Source of the DNA: a bacterium
GTDB lineage: Bacteria > JAMCPX01
DNA length: 64,000 bases
NCBI GenBank assembly: GCA_021792615.1
Contig: JAJYUJ010000005.1
Coordinates: forward strand, 6,075 to 70,074
Reading direction: 5' to 3'
Shown: piece by piece, positions 9,357 through 19,073 of the stretch
Layout of the letters: each line of letters opens with the position of its first letter
Position numbering within the stretch: the first letter of the stretch is position 1
The notes under the pieces: generated by a model
Seen by the model: only the letters and a program-made list of their open reading frames with translations
The model's database searches: none
What the model was told of the DNA's origin: nothing
Translations under genes and position numbers: made by a program

Positions 9357-10242
9357 TGATTAGCCCCAGTTCTGTCATGGTGGTCTTCAGCTTGTTGAGG
9401 TTTGGACCTGCCATGGGCGTAAGAGGGAGCCTTATTTCATTGGAAATCCAGCCACGCAGATGCGCTGCAGCCTTCACGGGTATGGGGTTACTTTCTATAA
9501 ACATGGCATTGTGCAGCGGCCATAGCTTGAGGTTGATATCTATTGCTTTCTGCATGGTACCGCTCTTATACGCCCTGAACATCTCCACCATCTCGGCGGG
9601 TACTATATTCGATGTAACGGATATTACACCTTTAGCTCCGATGGCAATACTCGGAAGGGCCGTAAAGTCGTCTCCGGACAGTACGATAAAGCCTTTCCTG
9701 CACAGCTTCATGGTCTCGGTGACTTGCTGCAGGGATCCTGTTGCCTCTTTTATGCCGATAATATTTTTAATCTCCGAAAGCCGTGCAACGGTTTCCGGCA
9801 GCATATTGACGCCGGTCCTGCCGGGTACATTGTAAAGAATGAGCGGGATATCGACTGCTTCGGCAATCGCGCGGAAATGCTCGAACATGCCGTTCTGCGT
9901 CGGCTTGTTGTAATAAGGCGTTATCGTAAGCGCTGCGTCCGCTCCGGCTTTTTTCGCATGCGCCGTCAGCTTAATTGCCTCTTTTGTGTTGTTGGATCCT
10001 GTGCCGGCTATAACCGTCATTCTGCGGTTCACGAGCTCAAGGGTATAGTCGATGAGCATCTCATGCTCATCGAAGTCCAGAGTTGCGGATTCCCCGGTCG
10101 TCCCGCAGGGAACAATCCCGGAGATACCGGCTTTTATCTGCATTTCTACAAGCGATTGGTAAGCCTTTTTATCGACCTTGTTGTCTTTGAAAGGTGTAAT
10201 GATGGCCGTAATTATACCTTGGATCTCTTTTGTGTCAGACAT
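9349..10242 (-). CDS. dapA: 4-hydroxy-tetrahydrodipicolinate synthase
   Basis: DHDPS motifs are present: GIVPCGTTGESATL and a Schiff-base Lys region. Length is 297 aa. Confidence 0.9.
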   Translation of the reverse strand: MSDTKEIQGIITAIITPFKDNKVDKKAYQSLVEMQIKAGISGIVPCGTTGESATLDFDEHEMLIDYTLELVNRRMTVIAGTGSNNTKEAIKLTAHAKKAGADAALTITPYYNKPTQNGMFEHFRAIAEAVDIPLILYNVPGRTGVNMLPETVARLSEIKNIIGIKEATGSLQQVTETMKLCRKGFIVLSGDDFTALPSIAIGAKGVISVTSNIVPAEMVEMFRAYKSGTMQKAIDINLKLWPLHNAMFIESNPIPVKAAAHLRGWISNEIRLPLTPMAGPNLNKLKTTMTELGLING

Positions 10243-11062
10243 CTATCTCTCCTCTGAAAACTTCTTCGGCGGGACCGGTCAGAAAAACATGGTTGTCCTT
10301 GGTCCATTCAATTTCAAGGTCACCGCCCCGTAAATGTATCAATACGTTTTCCCTGCTTTTATTGTTCAATACGCCTGCAACTCCAACCGCACATGCACCT
10401 GAACCGCACCCGAGCGTCTCGCCGCTCCCGCGTTCCCAAACACGCATCTTCAGTTCGTTATCGTTGATCTTTTCAACAAACTCCACATTGGTTTTTTTGG
10501 GGAACATCTTGTTGTTTTCAAGGGCCGGACCGTATTTCTCGACATTAAACTTGTCTATCTTGTCCATAAATATCACGGTATGCGGATTACCCATGGACAC
10601 ACAGGTGATCTTGAAATCCATGTCCTCTATCTTTATAGCCCTGTTGATGACCCTTCCGCTCAGCCGAACCGGGATAAGCTTGCCGTCGAACACGGGCTCT
10701 CCCATGTCAACCCGTATCTTATCGCCCTTGATTACCGGTTTTTTTATGCCTGCAAGCGTTTCAATTTCAAGTTCTCTTTTTTTTGTGTATCCGTGCTCTA
10801 CAAGATACTTCGCGACGCAACGAATGCCGTTGCCGCACATTTCGACCTCTCCTCCGTCGGCATTAAATATCCGCATCCTGAAATCCGCGGTTTTCGAAGG
10901 CAGTATCATCAACAACTGGTCTGCACCTATACTGAATGCCGGAGTGCACAGCCTCTTAATCAGTTCGGAAGAAAGCTTTTCTTCCTTTTTCAGAGAATCT
11001 ATGATGATAAAGTGGTTGCCGGTTCCCTGCATCTTCGTAAATTTTATAGTCCTTTTAGACAT
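10235..11062 (-). CDS. dapF: Diaminopimelate epimerase
   Basis: FTKMQGTGNHFIIID is present, along with two catalytic Cys-containing motifs (MCGNGIRC, GCGSGACA). Length is 275 aa. Confidence 0.85.
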   Translation of the reverse strand: MSKRTIKFTKMQGTGNHFIIIDSLKKEEKLSSELIKRLCTPAFSIGADQLLMILPSKTADFRMRIFNADGGEVEMCGNGIRCVAKYLVEHGYTKKRELEIETLAGIKKPVIKGDKIRVDMGEPVFDGKLIPVRLSGRVINRAIKIEDMDFKITCVSMGNPHTVIFMDKIDKFNVEKYGPALENNKMFPKKTNVEFVEKINDNELKMRVWERGSGETLGCGSGACAVGVAGVLNNKSRENVLIHLRGGDLEIEWTKDNHVFLTGPAEEVFRGEIDV

Positions 11063-12329
11063 GGTTACTCCTTATTTTTATAAAGGAAGGGATCCTTTCG
11101 CCCTTTATAAGATCGTTATTCGTTTCTCTTTTTCGTATAAGATAATATTCTTTATCATCGACCAGAACCTCTGCTGCCCTTCTCCGCGAATTGTAATTGG
11201 ATGACATTGAAAATCCATACGCGCCTGCACTCATCAGGGCTATGGCCCGGCCCTGTTCGAGCAAAGGCAGGTTCCGGTCATGCGCAAAAAAATCACCCGA
11301 TTCACATATAGGGCCGACGACATCCTGTTTGAAAAGTTTCGAACGTGTTTCATCGACAGGAAGTATTTCGTGATAAGCGTCATAGAAACTTGGGCGTATT
11401 AAATCGTTCATACCTGCATCGACAATCATAAATTTTTTCATTCCATTGTCTTTTCTGTATAACACCTTTGCTGCGAGAATACCAGCATTACCGGCAAGGA
11501 CCCTCCCCGGTTCAAGAATAAGCCTGCCATCAAAATCTTTTAACGTTTTTTCTATTGCTCCCGCATAGTTGTCGGGAGACGCCGCTCTTTCATCTTTATA
11601 GGTTATGCCAAGTCCTCCGCCGATATCCATGTAGCGTATATCTATCCCGTCTTTTCTGATTTCTTTTATAAGTCCCTGCACCCGTTTTAAGGCATCTATG
11701 ACCGGTGATACCCCGGTTAACTGGGAACCGATATGCATATCGACACCGACGACCTGCAGGTGATGTTTCGACCTGGCTATGGTGTATGCCTCACGTGCAT
11801 ACCTGATATCGATGCCGAATTTGTTCTTTTTCATGCCGGTTGATATGTAGGGATGGGTATGGGGGTTTATATCAGGGTTAACCCGGATGCTGACAGGAGC
11901 TTTTACACCCATCAAGCCCGCTGCCTCATCGATAGCATCGAGTTCTTCGATGGATTCGGCATTGAACATGAGAATATCTTCGGTCAGGGCATAGATTATT
12001 TCCTCCAGTGTTTTGCCGACACCGGAATATACGATCTTTTTGCCGCGTATACCGGCACGGACAGCCCTGAAGAGTTCTCCGCCGGATACAATATCAGCAC
12101 CCGCGCCCAGTGATGAAAAGAGTGCAACGATAGCGGTATTGGAATTTGCCTTTACCGAGTAACAGATTAACGGCTTTGTTCTGACAAATGCATTCTTGAA
12201 AACATTGTAGTGGCGTTTCAATGTTTTCGCACTGTATATGTATACCGGCGTTCCGGTCTTTTCTGTTATAGCCCTGACACTGACATTTTCGCAGTACAGT
12301 TCTCCGTTTTTATAGCCAAAATAATTCAT
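11055..12329 (-). CDS. lysA: Diaminopimelate decarboxylase
   Basis: Fold-III PLP decarboxylase motifs are present (CYSVKANSN, GAGADIVSGGEL, EPGR). The start is taken at MNYFGY; the longer ORF-track start at 12377 is less likely. Confidence 0.85.
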   Translation of the reverse strand: MNYFGYKNGELYCENVSVRAITEKTGTPVYIYSAKTLKRHYNVFKNAFVRTKPLICYSVKANSNTAIVALFSSLGAGADIVSGGELFRAVRAGIRGKKIVYSGVGKTLEEIIYALTEDILMFNAESIEELDAIDEAAGLMGVKAPVSIRVNPDINPHTHPYISTGMKKNKFGIDIRYAREAYTIARSKHHLQVVGVDMHIGSQLTGVSPVIDALKRVQGLIKEIRKDGIDIRYMDIGGGLGITYKDERAASPDNYAGAIEKTLKDFDGRLILEPGRVLAGNAGILAAKVLYRKDNGMKKFMIVDAGMNDLIRPSFYDAYHEILPVDETRSKLFKQDVVGPICESGDFFAHDRNLPLLEQGRAIALMSAGAYGFSMSSNYNSRRRAAEVLVDDKEYYLIRKRETNNDLIKGERIPSFIKIRSNHV

Positions 12330-12488
12330 TTCTGTCTCCTGTCCACCCCGGCAGAAAGGCACGGCTTTCTGCCGCATACTTTCGCCCGGGGGTTCATAAT
12401 GAATGCCGTTACATCTGTTTTTTCTTTTATAATAGACATTGTCCGATAAAGCTACAGTTTTCGCGACCGGTATAAGGTGTTTATCGCA

Positions 12489-13595
12489 TTATCTCCGTCT
12501 TAATTGACCCGGCATTCTGACGGGGTAAACTATTTCATAATATTCGGACGGTGCACTTTCATTATGTTCCTCAGAGTTATCGACAGCCGTCACATAATAG
12601 GTATTAGGGCCTCGCGGTGCGCTTGTGTCCACATACGTTGTTCCTGATACCGGCTGTGCATTCAATTGTTTGAAGAATTTGTCTTTTCCCGATCTCCTGT
12701 AAATGTAATAGCCGAGTATATCCGACTCTGTGTTCGGCTCCCAGCTTAAAGCAATGCCATTTTTCAACGGCGCCCCTGCAAGGCCGTACGGCCTTGCGGG
12801 TGATACAAGATCAACCGGCATCGCCATTATCTCGGAAGACGGAACACTCTCAACCGCGGTATTGCCTATCTTCGACACGCTGGTAACCTCATAGAAGTAA
12901 GGGACATTATCCTTCAGATCTCCATCGATATAGGTCGTGCCCGATATCAGCGCCGGATTTATCGGGAACAGCGGGAAATTCCCCATCTTCAGGCTTCGGT
13001 AAATATTGTAATAAACCGTTCCCTTTATTTTCGTACCGTCAATGTATGTACCCGGCTGATCCCATGACAGTTCTATAAAATGGGAGCCGGATTGCGCCCT
13101 GATATCGGACGGGGGCATGTACGGTTTATCCCAGAAGACAACGACGGGGACAGACGGATCGCTGACGATATCGTTTTTCGTAACCGTAAAGACAAGATAG
13201 GTATAGCGAAAACCATACTCTATATCCGTATCCTTGATATTCATGAACTGTTCGCCCGGTTGATATTCATACCGCCACTGTTTGTATACCTCTTTCTCGT
13301 CCGTATTGGCCTGACTGATGGGGATACCCGCGCGTACCATGTTGAATCCTTTTATATTTTTCAAGACGGAACCGTCCGTATTTTTATCGGGGATCTTCCA
13401 TAACAGCATGATGCTCCTGCCCCGTGCTGTTGCAGTGATGTTGGTGATGGCCACCGGTTTTGCAAGGGGATAGGGCACGGGAGGTGCCTTCAGGCCGCAC
13501 CGTGCTGTGAGCAAAGCAAGCAGTATCAGCAGGAGCTTACTCCCTATAATGCGCCTAATCTTGACTGCCGGTTTATGTATATGTGCGCTACCCAT
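12489..13595 (-). CDS. Secreted hypothetical protein with fibronectin-type-III-like repeats
   Basis: An N-terminal signal peptide (LLLILLALLTARCG) is followed by repeated FN3-like segments (…YYNIYRS…, …YYIYRRSGKD…). The start is set at the ATG at 13595, which has an AAGGA RBS. Confidence 0.45.
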   Translation of the reverse strand: MGSAHIHKPAVKIRRIIGSKLLLILLALLTARCGLKAPPVPYPLAKPVAITNITATARGRSIMLLWKIPDKNTDGSVLKNIKGFNMVRAGIPISQANTDEKEVYKQWRYEYQPGEQFMNIKDTDIEYGFRYTYLVFTVTKNDIVSDPSVPVVVFWDKPYMPPSDIRAQSGSHFIELSWDQPGTYIDGTKIKGTVYYNIYRSLKMGNFPLFPINPALISGTTYIDGDLKDNVPYFYEVTSVSKIGNTAVESVPSSEIMAMPVDLVSPARPYGLAGAPLKNGIALSWEPNTESDILGYYIYRRSGKDKFFKQLNAQPVSGTTYVDTSAPRGPNTYYVTAVDNSEEHNESAPSEYYEIVYPVRMPGQLRRR

Positions 13596-14157
13596 AAATG
13601 TATCCTTTTCAATAGTACTTTTCTGCACGAACGAGATAATCTTCCCCTTCTTTCTTGCCAGGGGAAAGAAGCGGTTTACATCCTCATACTGAACAACAAG
13701 ATTTATTTGTATAGCACAGAATTGTGCTATTCTCTATGAAAAAGGAAGTGGATGTTATTTTAACTACACCCCTGCCTACGTTTCTCAACTGCTTCTCAAG
13801 GCACTGACAACGTTCATTCCTGAAGCGCGGACAGCAGGCAAGAACCGTCCCCGCGCCCCCACTATCCGGGCCATTTCGAGGGTATAAAAATGAGAGCAGT
13901 ATCCCGAATCAAGAACGGTCATTCCCTCCCGGATAAACGGGGCAAATATTGACCGTGGCCGTTGCAGCCATCCACGGACCCTCCTGTCAAGCGCCCCGGC
14001 CCGTTCAACGGGGGCACACGCGGTTCTTATCGTGTTTCATGATTTCTCCTTGAGCCCTATATTCAATTTCAATGAGCTTCCCGGGGAAAAACCTGTTCTT
14101 TGCAGTAGATAATGGATTATGCTGTCATACCGCATGTGGTTTTGATTGAACCTTCGC

Positions 14158-15288
14158 CTACTGATTACTATATTCGCCATACTCGCAGCCGGCATTTTTT
14201 ATTGCAATATGATCTATCAGTATCGTTTGGTTTCTCTTCTTTTTTAAAAGCTTTATTTCTCCCTGCCCCGTTCCACCGTTCCAGAGTTTGTTGTGCAATT
14301 TTTTCCCGTTTGGTGCCTCGTAGTTTATCAGGAGCATTTCATCTTTGCGGCACTCCAGCGTCAACTCCATGACTGATTGCCTGTTGGCAGCATGCACCTG
14401 CCATGTATTCATTGATGTGCCTTCCTTGAAGCTAAACGAGATACGTGTGCCCGTCCAAAATTTTGAAAAGTTATAATCATACATTTTTCCCTCGTAATAC
14501 ATCCCGCCGAGAAGCTTGCCCTGCAGCCCGATGCCGAATACTCTGGGCGTTCCCCCGCCCATCTCGACAGCAGAATTCGACAACACTTTCCCTGTGATAA
14601 GGCTTCTCATGTTACAGCTGCTGATCCACAACCAAGGCGAGGTAAAATCCCTTCCCCAATTTTTGTCTGCATAACCGTATGATTTTTCTGCAATGATGTC
14701 ATACACCTCTCCATCAAACGTGACTTCTCCGCTGTACTCCGTCTTGATACCTTCGGCATGCCAGAACATTTCAAAAGCATTGATGGTACGGAAAAACCCC
14801 GAGGCACCGTAGCCGACATTGTAAGCAATTTTCTTCTGAATGGACAAGTCCCATTGCATACTGCCTGCATCACACATATATTCGGGATGCTCTTGAGCTT
14901 CGTGTGCGGATACTTCACAGGAGCCTTCCATGTGGGTTTCTGTCAGCGCACAACTGCCGATTTTTATGTTCAGTTCATGGGAAGGACAGGAGAAATCACT
15001 GATAGGATAAAAATTGTGGATTTGCTTTGCATTCTTTCCCCAGGCACCAACCTTGATCAGGGCGTACGAGGGTTTGACGTCCTTTGCACGGTTTTCCGGA
15101 AGCTGTCCCAGAACCACACGCGTACCACCGAGAGCAGGATTGATGACAAAATATTCTATAAAGAATGTCTTTTCCTCACCGGTTTTTCTATTATACCCCG
15201 TAAAGTTATGCCACCACCAGTCATACCCTTGCCGGGAAAGAGCACCCTTTAACATGAAAAGGTCCCGGCTCACATCACGTTTGTTCAT
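14158..15288 (-). CDS. Tocopherol-cyclase-family protein (PF14249-like), function unknown in this context
   Basis: YGYADKNWGRDFTSPWLWISSCN matches the tocopherol cyclase signature YAEKNWGHSFPSRWFWLQAN (recalled from cyanobacterial Slr1737), and GYDWWWHNFTGY matches the N-terminal GYHWQG region. A GGAGG RBS precedes the start at 15288. Confidence 0.6.
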   Translation of the reverse strand: MNKRDVSRDLFMLKGALSRQGYDWWWHNFTGYNRKTGEEKTFFIEYFVINPALGGTRVVLGQLPENRAKDVKPSYALIKVGAWGKNAKQIHNFYPISDFSCPSHELNIKIGSCALTETHMEGSCEVSAHEAQEHPEYMCDAGSMQWDLSIQKKIAYNVGYGASGFFRTINAFEMFWHAEGIKTEYSGEVTFDGEVYDIIAEKSYGYADKNWGRDFTSPWLWISSCNMRSLITGKVLSNSAVEMGGGTPRVFGIGLQGKLLGGMYYEGKMYDYNFSKFWTGTRISFSFKEGTSMNTWQVHAANRQSVMELTLECRKDEMLLINYEAPNGKKLHNKLWNGGTGQGEIKLLKKKRNQTILIDHIAIKNAGCEYGEYSNQ

Positions 15289-15332
15289 TGCGGTCACCTC
15301 CTTATCATATACGAACAATGACGGTGAATTTG

Positions 15333-16766
15333 CTATATCTTTTTGAGGAGACTCTCGTAGTGCTTGATCTTTTTTTCGAGCTTTTCCAGAGCAATCCTCA
15401 CCTGTTTTTCTGCAGTACCTCCGGGCACAGCCCTGCCGTTGATGGAAGCCTTGATATCAAGTGCATGCCGGATGTCGGGCATGAACAGGGGAGAAAAGGT
15501 CTTAAAGGTCTCATATCCGAGTGAAGCCACATCGACGCCCTTTTTTATGGCATACAGTACTATTCTGCCGGTAACTTCGTGTGCTTTCCTGAACGGCATG
15601 CCCCGGCGTACCAGATAGTCTGCAATGTCCGTCGCAAGGAGGTTGCCATGGGATAATGAGTCTTTCAACCTATCCGTGTTGAATGACAACCCTTTGATCA
15701 ACGGTGCCCATACCTCGAGGACAAGTTTTGCAGTATCCACCGCATCGAATACCGCAGGCTTGTCTTCCTGCATATCCCGGTCATACGCAAGCGGCAGGCC
15801 CTTCATCATAGTCAGTAAATTTACAAGAGAGCCGTACACCCTGCCTGTTTTTCCCCGGGTGAGTTCTGCGACATCGGGGTTTTTTTTCTGCGGCATAATG
15901 CTGCTTCCCGTTGTAAACGCATCCGGCAGGGAAACAAATCCAAATTCATCGGTCGACCAGAGGACGATCTCCTCGGACAGCCGGGAAAAGTGCATCAAGA
16001 GCACACTGACGGTATAAACCACGTCAATGGCAAAATCCCTGTCGGAAACTGCGTCAATGCTGTTTGCGCTTATCTCTTTGAATTTCAGGAGCTTTGCCAA
16101 TGCCTCCCTGTTGACGGCGTACGGGGTGCCTGCAAGCGCTCCCGAGCCGAGCGGCATGACCGAGACAGCATAGTAAGCATGCAACAACCGTTCGATATCC
16201 CTGTTAAACATTTCCGTATATGCGAGCAGGTGGTGACTGAGCAATACGGGCTGGGCATGCTGGGTATGCGTAAATCCCGGCATAGGAATGCCCATGTATT
16301 TCGAAGCCTGCGAGCTTAGAGCGGACTGTACATCCAGCAGCTTTGCAACGATACTCCTTACCTCATCGATCGCGTAAAGCCGGAATGCCGTGACAACCTG
16401 GTCGTTGCGGCTCCGGCCGGTATGGAGCTTGGAGGCGGTATCCCCGATGATTTGTTGCAGCCTTTTTTCGATCGCCGTGTGGATATCTTCGTCCCGTTCA
16501 TCGAAAACAAACCGCTTTGTTTTGAATTCAAGTTCGATCTTGTGCAGGCCCTGCTTGATGCGGTTGTATTCCGAAGGATCGATTACACCGGCATGCAGCA
16601 ACCCTTCGGCCTGTGCACTGCTGCCTTGAATGTCGTAGAGCGCAAGCCTTGAATCCACAAGCAGGGAGTTCGTAAACCTATTGACAACCTCTGCAGGCTC
16701 CTGTTCAAACCTCCCGCCCCATAGCTTAAAAACGTTGTTCTTTTTCTGTTTTTTATCTTTTTTCAT
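15333..16766 (-). CDS. argH: Argininosuccinate lyase
   Basis: LWGGRFEQEP N-terminus and the fumarate-lyase signature GSSIMPQKKNPDVAELTRGK. Length is about 470 aa. Confidence 0.9.
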   Translation of the reverse strand: MKKDKKQKKNNVFKLWGGRFEQEPAEVVNRFTNSLLVDSRLALYDIQGSSAQAEGLLHAGVIDPSEYNRIKQGLHKIELEFKTKRFVFDERDEDIHTAIEKRLQQIIGDTASKLHTGRSRNDQVVTAFRLYAIDEVRSIVAKLLDVQSALSSQASKYMGIPMPGFTHTQHAQPVLLSHHLLAYTEMFNRDIERLLHAYYAVSVMPLGSGALAGTPYAVNREALAKLLKFKEISANSIDAVSDRDFAIDVVYTVSVLLMHFSRLSEEIVLWSTDEFGFVSLPDAFTTGSSIMPQKKNPDVAELTRGKTGRVYGSLVNLLTMMKGLPLAYDRDMQEDKPAVFDAVDTAKLVLEVWAPLIKGLSFNTDRLKDSLSHGNLLATDIADYLVRRGMPFRKAHEVTGRIVLYAIKKGVDVASLGYETFKTFSPLFMPDIRHALDIKASINGRAVPGGTAEKQVRIALEKLEKKIKHYESLLKKI

Positions 16767-16815
16767 GACTTGTTTATACTACATGAACAGGGACGGATAA
16801 ACAAGTTTTTTGTGG

Positions 16816-18435
16816 TTACTGGGACGTAATGGTAAACTCGACCCGCCTGTTTTCTGCCCTGCCTTTTGCAGTCCTGTTGTTCGCAATAGGCGAGGCCATG
16901 CCGTAGCCTTTTGCCGTCATTCGCCGGGCATTTACCCCTTTACGGACAAGATAGTTCATGACTGCCTCGGCACGGGCCTGGGAAAGCCTGAGGTTCGTCG
17001 AAGGTTTGCCGATATTATCGGTATAGCCTTCGATACGGATCGATATCCCGGGATTTTGTATAAGCAACCCGGCAAGTTCGTTCAATATGCCGAATGAAAC
17101 AGGCATGATCCTCGATTTACCGAGCTGGAAAAAGATCTTCTCGGTTATCACGATCCTCTTTTTGTCTTTTTCTATGAATACCCGCTGCTTGTTCATTGCA
17201 ACAGGCGGCGGTGCAGATTGTTCCGTCTCCAGAACAAAATCAACCGCTGTCTTGAAACCTTTGTCTATATGGATGTCCTTTGCCTGCGCCTTATACCCTG
17301 CCATCGAAGCAGACAGGGTATAATCGCCTGCCGGAAGTTTTATAAAGAACCCGCCGGTTGCAGCATCCCCGGTGACCTGTTGGCTTATCTGAGGCATACC
17401 GACAGCACGGGAATACACCGCAGCACTTATTGTTGCCGTCAATGGTTTGCCCTCAAGATTTGTTACCCTGCCATAAGCAGCACCAATCGTGGATTGCTTT
17501 TCCAGTGCAATGACTGTGGAAACTGTCGCTCCCGGCTGTACGGTCACCGTGACCGTGCTGGCTGTATACCCTTCTTTATATGCAGACAGGGTAACACTGC
17601 CGGGTTTAAGGCCGGGTGTTGTAAAACTACCGTTGATCGGGTCCGTCGAGAGATCCGTCAAGCCCGTATTTACCATCCGGACAATGGCCCTGCCCAAAGG
17701 AGCTGATGTTCCTTGATCGACCACCCTGCCCTGTATCTTGCCGGTATAGGTGTGTTCAGGAGACGAAAGCGGGATAAATCTCTTCACTACCCTGACGTTT
17801 TCCCGTTTGTTAAACGTATACGTAACCATACCCACGACATACGGTATATCCCGTATACCTGCCTCTGCACTGATGATAAAATCATCTATTCTTATATTCA
17901 GCCCGATGGGGATGTATATGGTAGGAAAGGGCAGGTAGTATTTTCCTATTTGGTTCTCCAGGTCTTTGGCCTTTTGCGGATCAACACTCGGGTCGGTAGG
18001 CAGGCCCCAATGATACAGGTGGACAATCCCCCAGCCCATGCCGATGCCGGTATAAAGATTTACAGGCCAGGAGGGAAATGCCGTAACAATCTCCGCCACA
18101 TCAAACATAAACATATCGGCATGTGCTGCGGTAAAATCCTGTGTGTTGGGAAGTGTACGGTAATGGCTGTATGCAAGGCTGTACCTGCTCGAGAAAACCC
18201 CTTTGGGCCCGTCGCTTCCATAAGAAATGTAGCTCACCCCGACGGTATATCCTTCCATGTTATAGGTACTGTCCGTAGTTTTGAGTGCATTTCTTGCAAA
18301 TGAAGGCAGCCCTGTCCAGCCGGAACTTACAGAGATGCCGCTACGTGCGACAGGATCCGCCATGACTCGGGGTACCAAAACCATGGAAACCACACCCATA
18401 AGAAACAGTACTAAGACATAACGGTTTTTTTTCAT
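16816..18435 (-). CDS. OmpA-family outer-membrane protein with carboxypeptidase-regulatory-like beta-sandwich domains
   Basis: A signal peptide is followed by two Ig-like/CarboxypepD_reg-like segments (GRVVDQGTSAPLGRAIV..., GRVTNLEGKPL...). The C-terminal OmpA domain is present (NLRLSQARAEAVMNYLVRKGV...GYGMASPIANNRTAKGRAENRRVEF). Confidence 0.75.
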   Translation of the reverse strand: MKKNRYVLVLFLMGVVSMVLVPRVMADPVARSGISVSSGWTGLPSFARNALKTTDSTYNMEGYTVGVSYISYGSDGPKGVFSSRYSLAYSHYRTLPNTQDFTAAHADMFMFDVAEIVTAFPSWPVNLYTGIGMGWGIVHLYHWGLPTDPSVDPQKAKDLENQIGKYYLPFPTIYIPIGLNIRIDDFIISAEAGIRDIPYVVGMVTYTFNKRENVRVVKRFIPLSSPEHTYTGKIQGRVVDQGTSAPLGRAIVRMVNTGLTDLSTDPINGSFTTPGLKPGSVTLSAYKEGYTASTVTVTVQPGATVSTVIALEKQSTIGAAYGRVTNLEGKPLTATISAAVYSRAVGMPQISQQVTGDAATGGFFIKLPAGDYTLSASMAGYKAQAKDIHIDKGFKTAVDFVLETEQSAPPPVAMNKQRVFIEKDKKRIVITEKIFFQLGKSRIMPVSFGILNELAGLLIQNPGISIRIEGYTDNIGKPSTNLRLSQARAEAVMNYLVRKGVNARRMTAKGYGMASPIANNRTAKGRAENRRVEFTITSQ

Positions 18436-18463
18436 GAAAGCGTCTTTTATGTTTATCACAATT

Positions 18464-18949
18464 CTATTTTGATTTTGAGTTGGAGGCCTTCTGCCTGCTG
18501 CGTGCTTTCATTACTTCCATCATATTGTTATAGAGAAAAACTCCCTGTTTATTGCCGTCTGCCTGCGAACCTTTCAGTTTTTCCATGCTGCTGCTGGGCA
18601 CATAACAATCGTACAGTTTCCAGCCTGCAGTGTCTCCGTCAATGCGTGCATCATAGCAGTTCCAATCTTTCACTATCCCGTAATACCATGAAACATCGGG
18701 CATGGTGTTGAGACAGCTTCCCATCACGGCCCACTGGTCAACATCACTCATCAGGGAAGTGCGCTGACAATCCCGTACATCCGCGCTGACCTGGGGATTG
18801 TCCGGTATTTTATAGTAAAAAGCATGGAGTGCCGGCATACACCCCGACACTATCGAAAATATACCCGCACCGAACAGAAGAGCGAATAAACTTTTCACCC
18901 TTTTACGAATCCCTGCACCTTTTTGAATGAATAAGCCTCTCGATTCCAT
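18464..18949 (-). CDS. Hypothetical lipoprotein
   Basis: A signal peptide with lipobox IVSGC is present. The 161-aa sequence has no recognised domain and carries several Cys and Trp/Tyr-rich motifs. Confidence 0.45.
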   Translation of the reverse strand: MESRGLFIQKGAGIRKRVKSLFALLFGAGIFSIVSGCMPALHAFYYKIPDNPQVSADVRDCQRTSLMSDVDQWAVMGSCLNTMPDVSWYYGIVKDWNCYDARIDGDTAGWKLYDCYVPSSSMEKLKGSQADGNKQGVFLYNNMMEVMKARSRQKASNSKSK

Positions 18950-19073
18950 AACTTGCCTCCTTATGAATTTATGAGAGCATAAACTCGCTAAAACCTCAAA
19001 CGGGAAAGTATATATTGGACGAATCTATGCTTGTCAAGGCTCTGGAGGAGCCCATGGCAGAAACATTACTTCA

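Noticed and set aside
9356-11204. Plus-strand ORFs of 159, 177 and 324 aa (9356–9835, 9724–10257, 10230–11204) and similar antisense ORFs elsewhere (for example 6228–7019, 17713–18303, 32124–33065, 34036–34974)
   Set aside because: They lie antisense to strongly supported conserved genes (dapA/dapF, ACAD, ftsZ/ftsA and others), and their translations are low-complexity with no recognisable domains.
13760-13840. Possible SRP (4.5S) RNA: the minus strand reads GUCAGUGCCUUGAGAAGCAGUUGAGAAACGUAGGCAGGGG, which loosely resembles GUCAGGUCCGGAAGGAAGCAGC...GCAGGG
   Set aside because: The GGAA tetraloop and the conserved symmetric-loop nucleotides are not preserved, and no convincing long closing helix was found. 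The similarity is probably chance.
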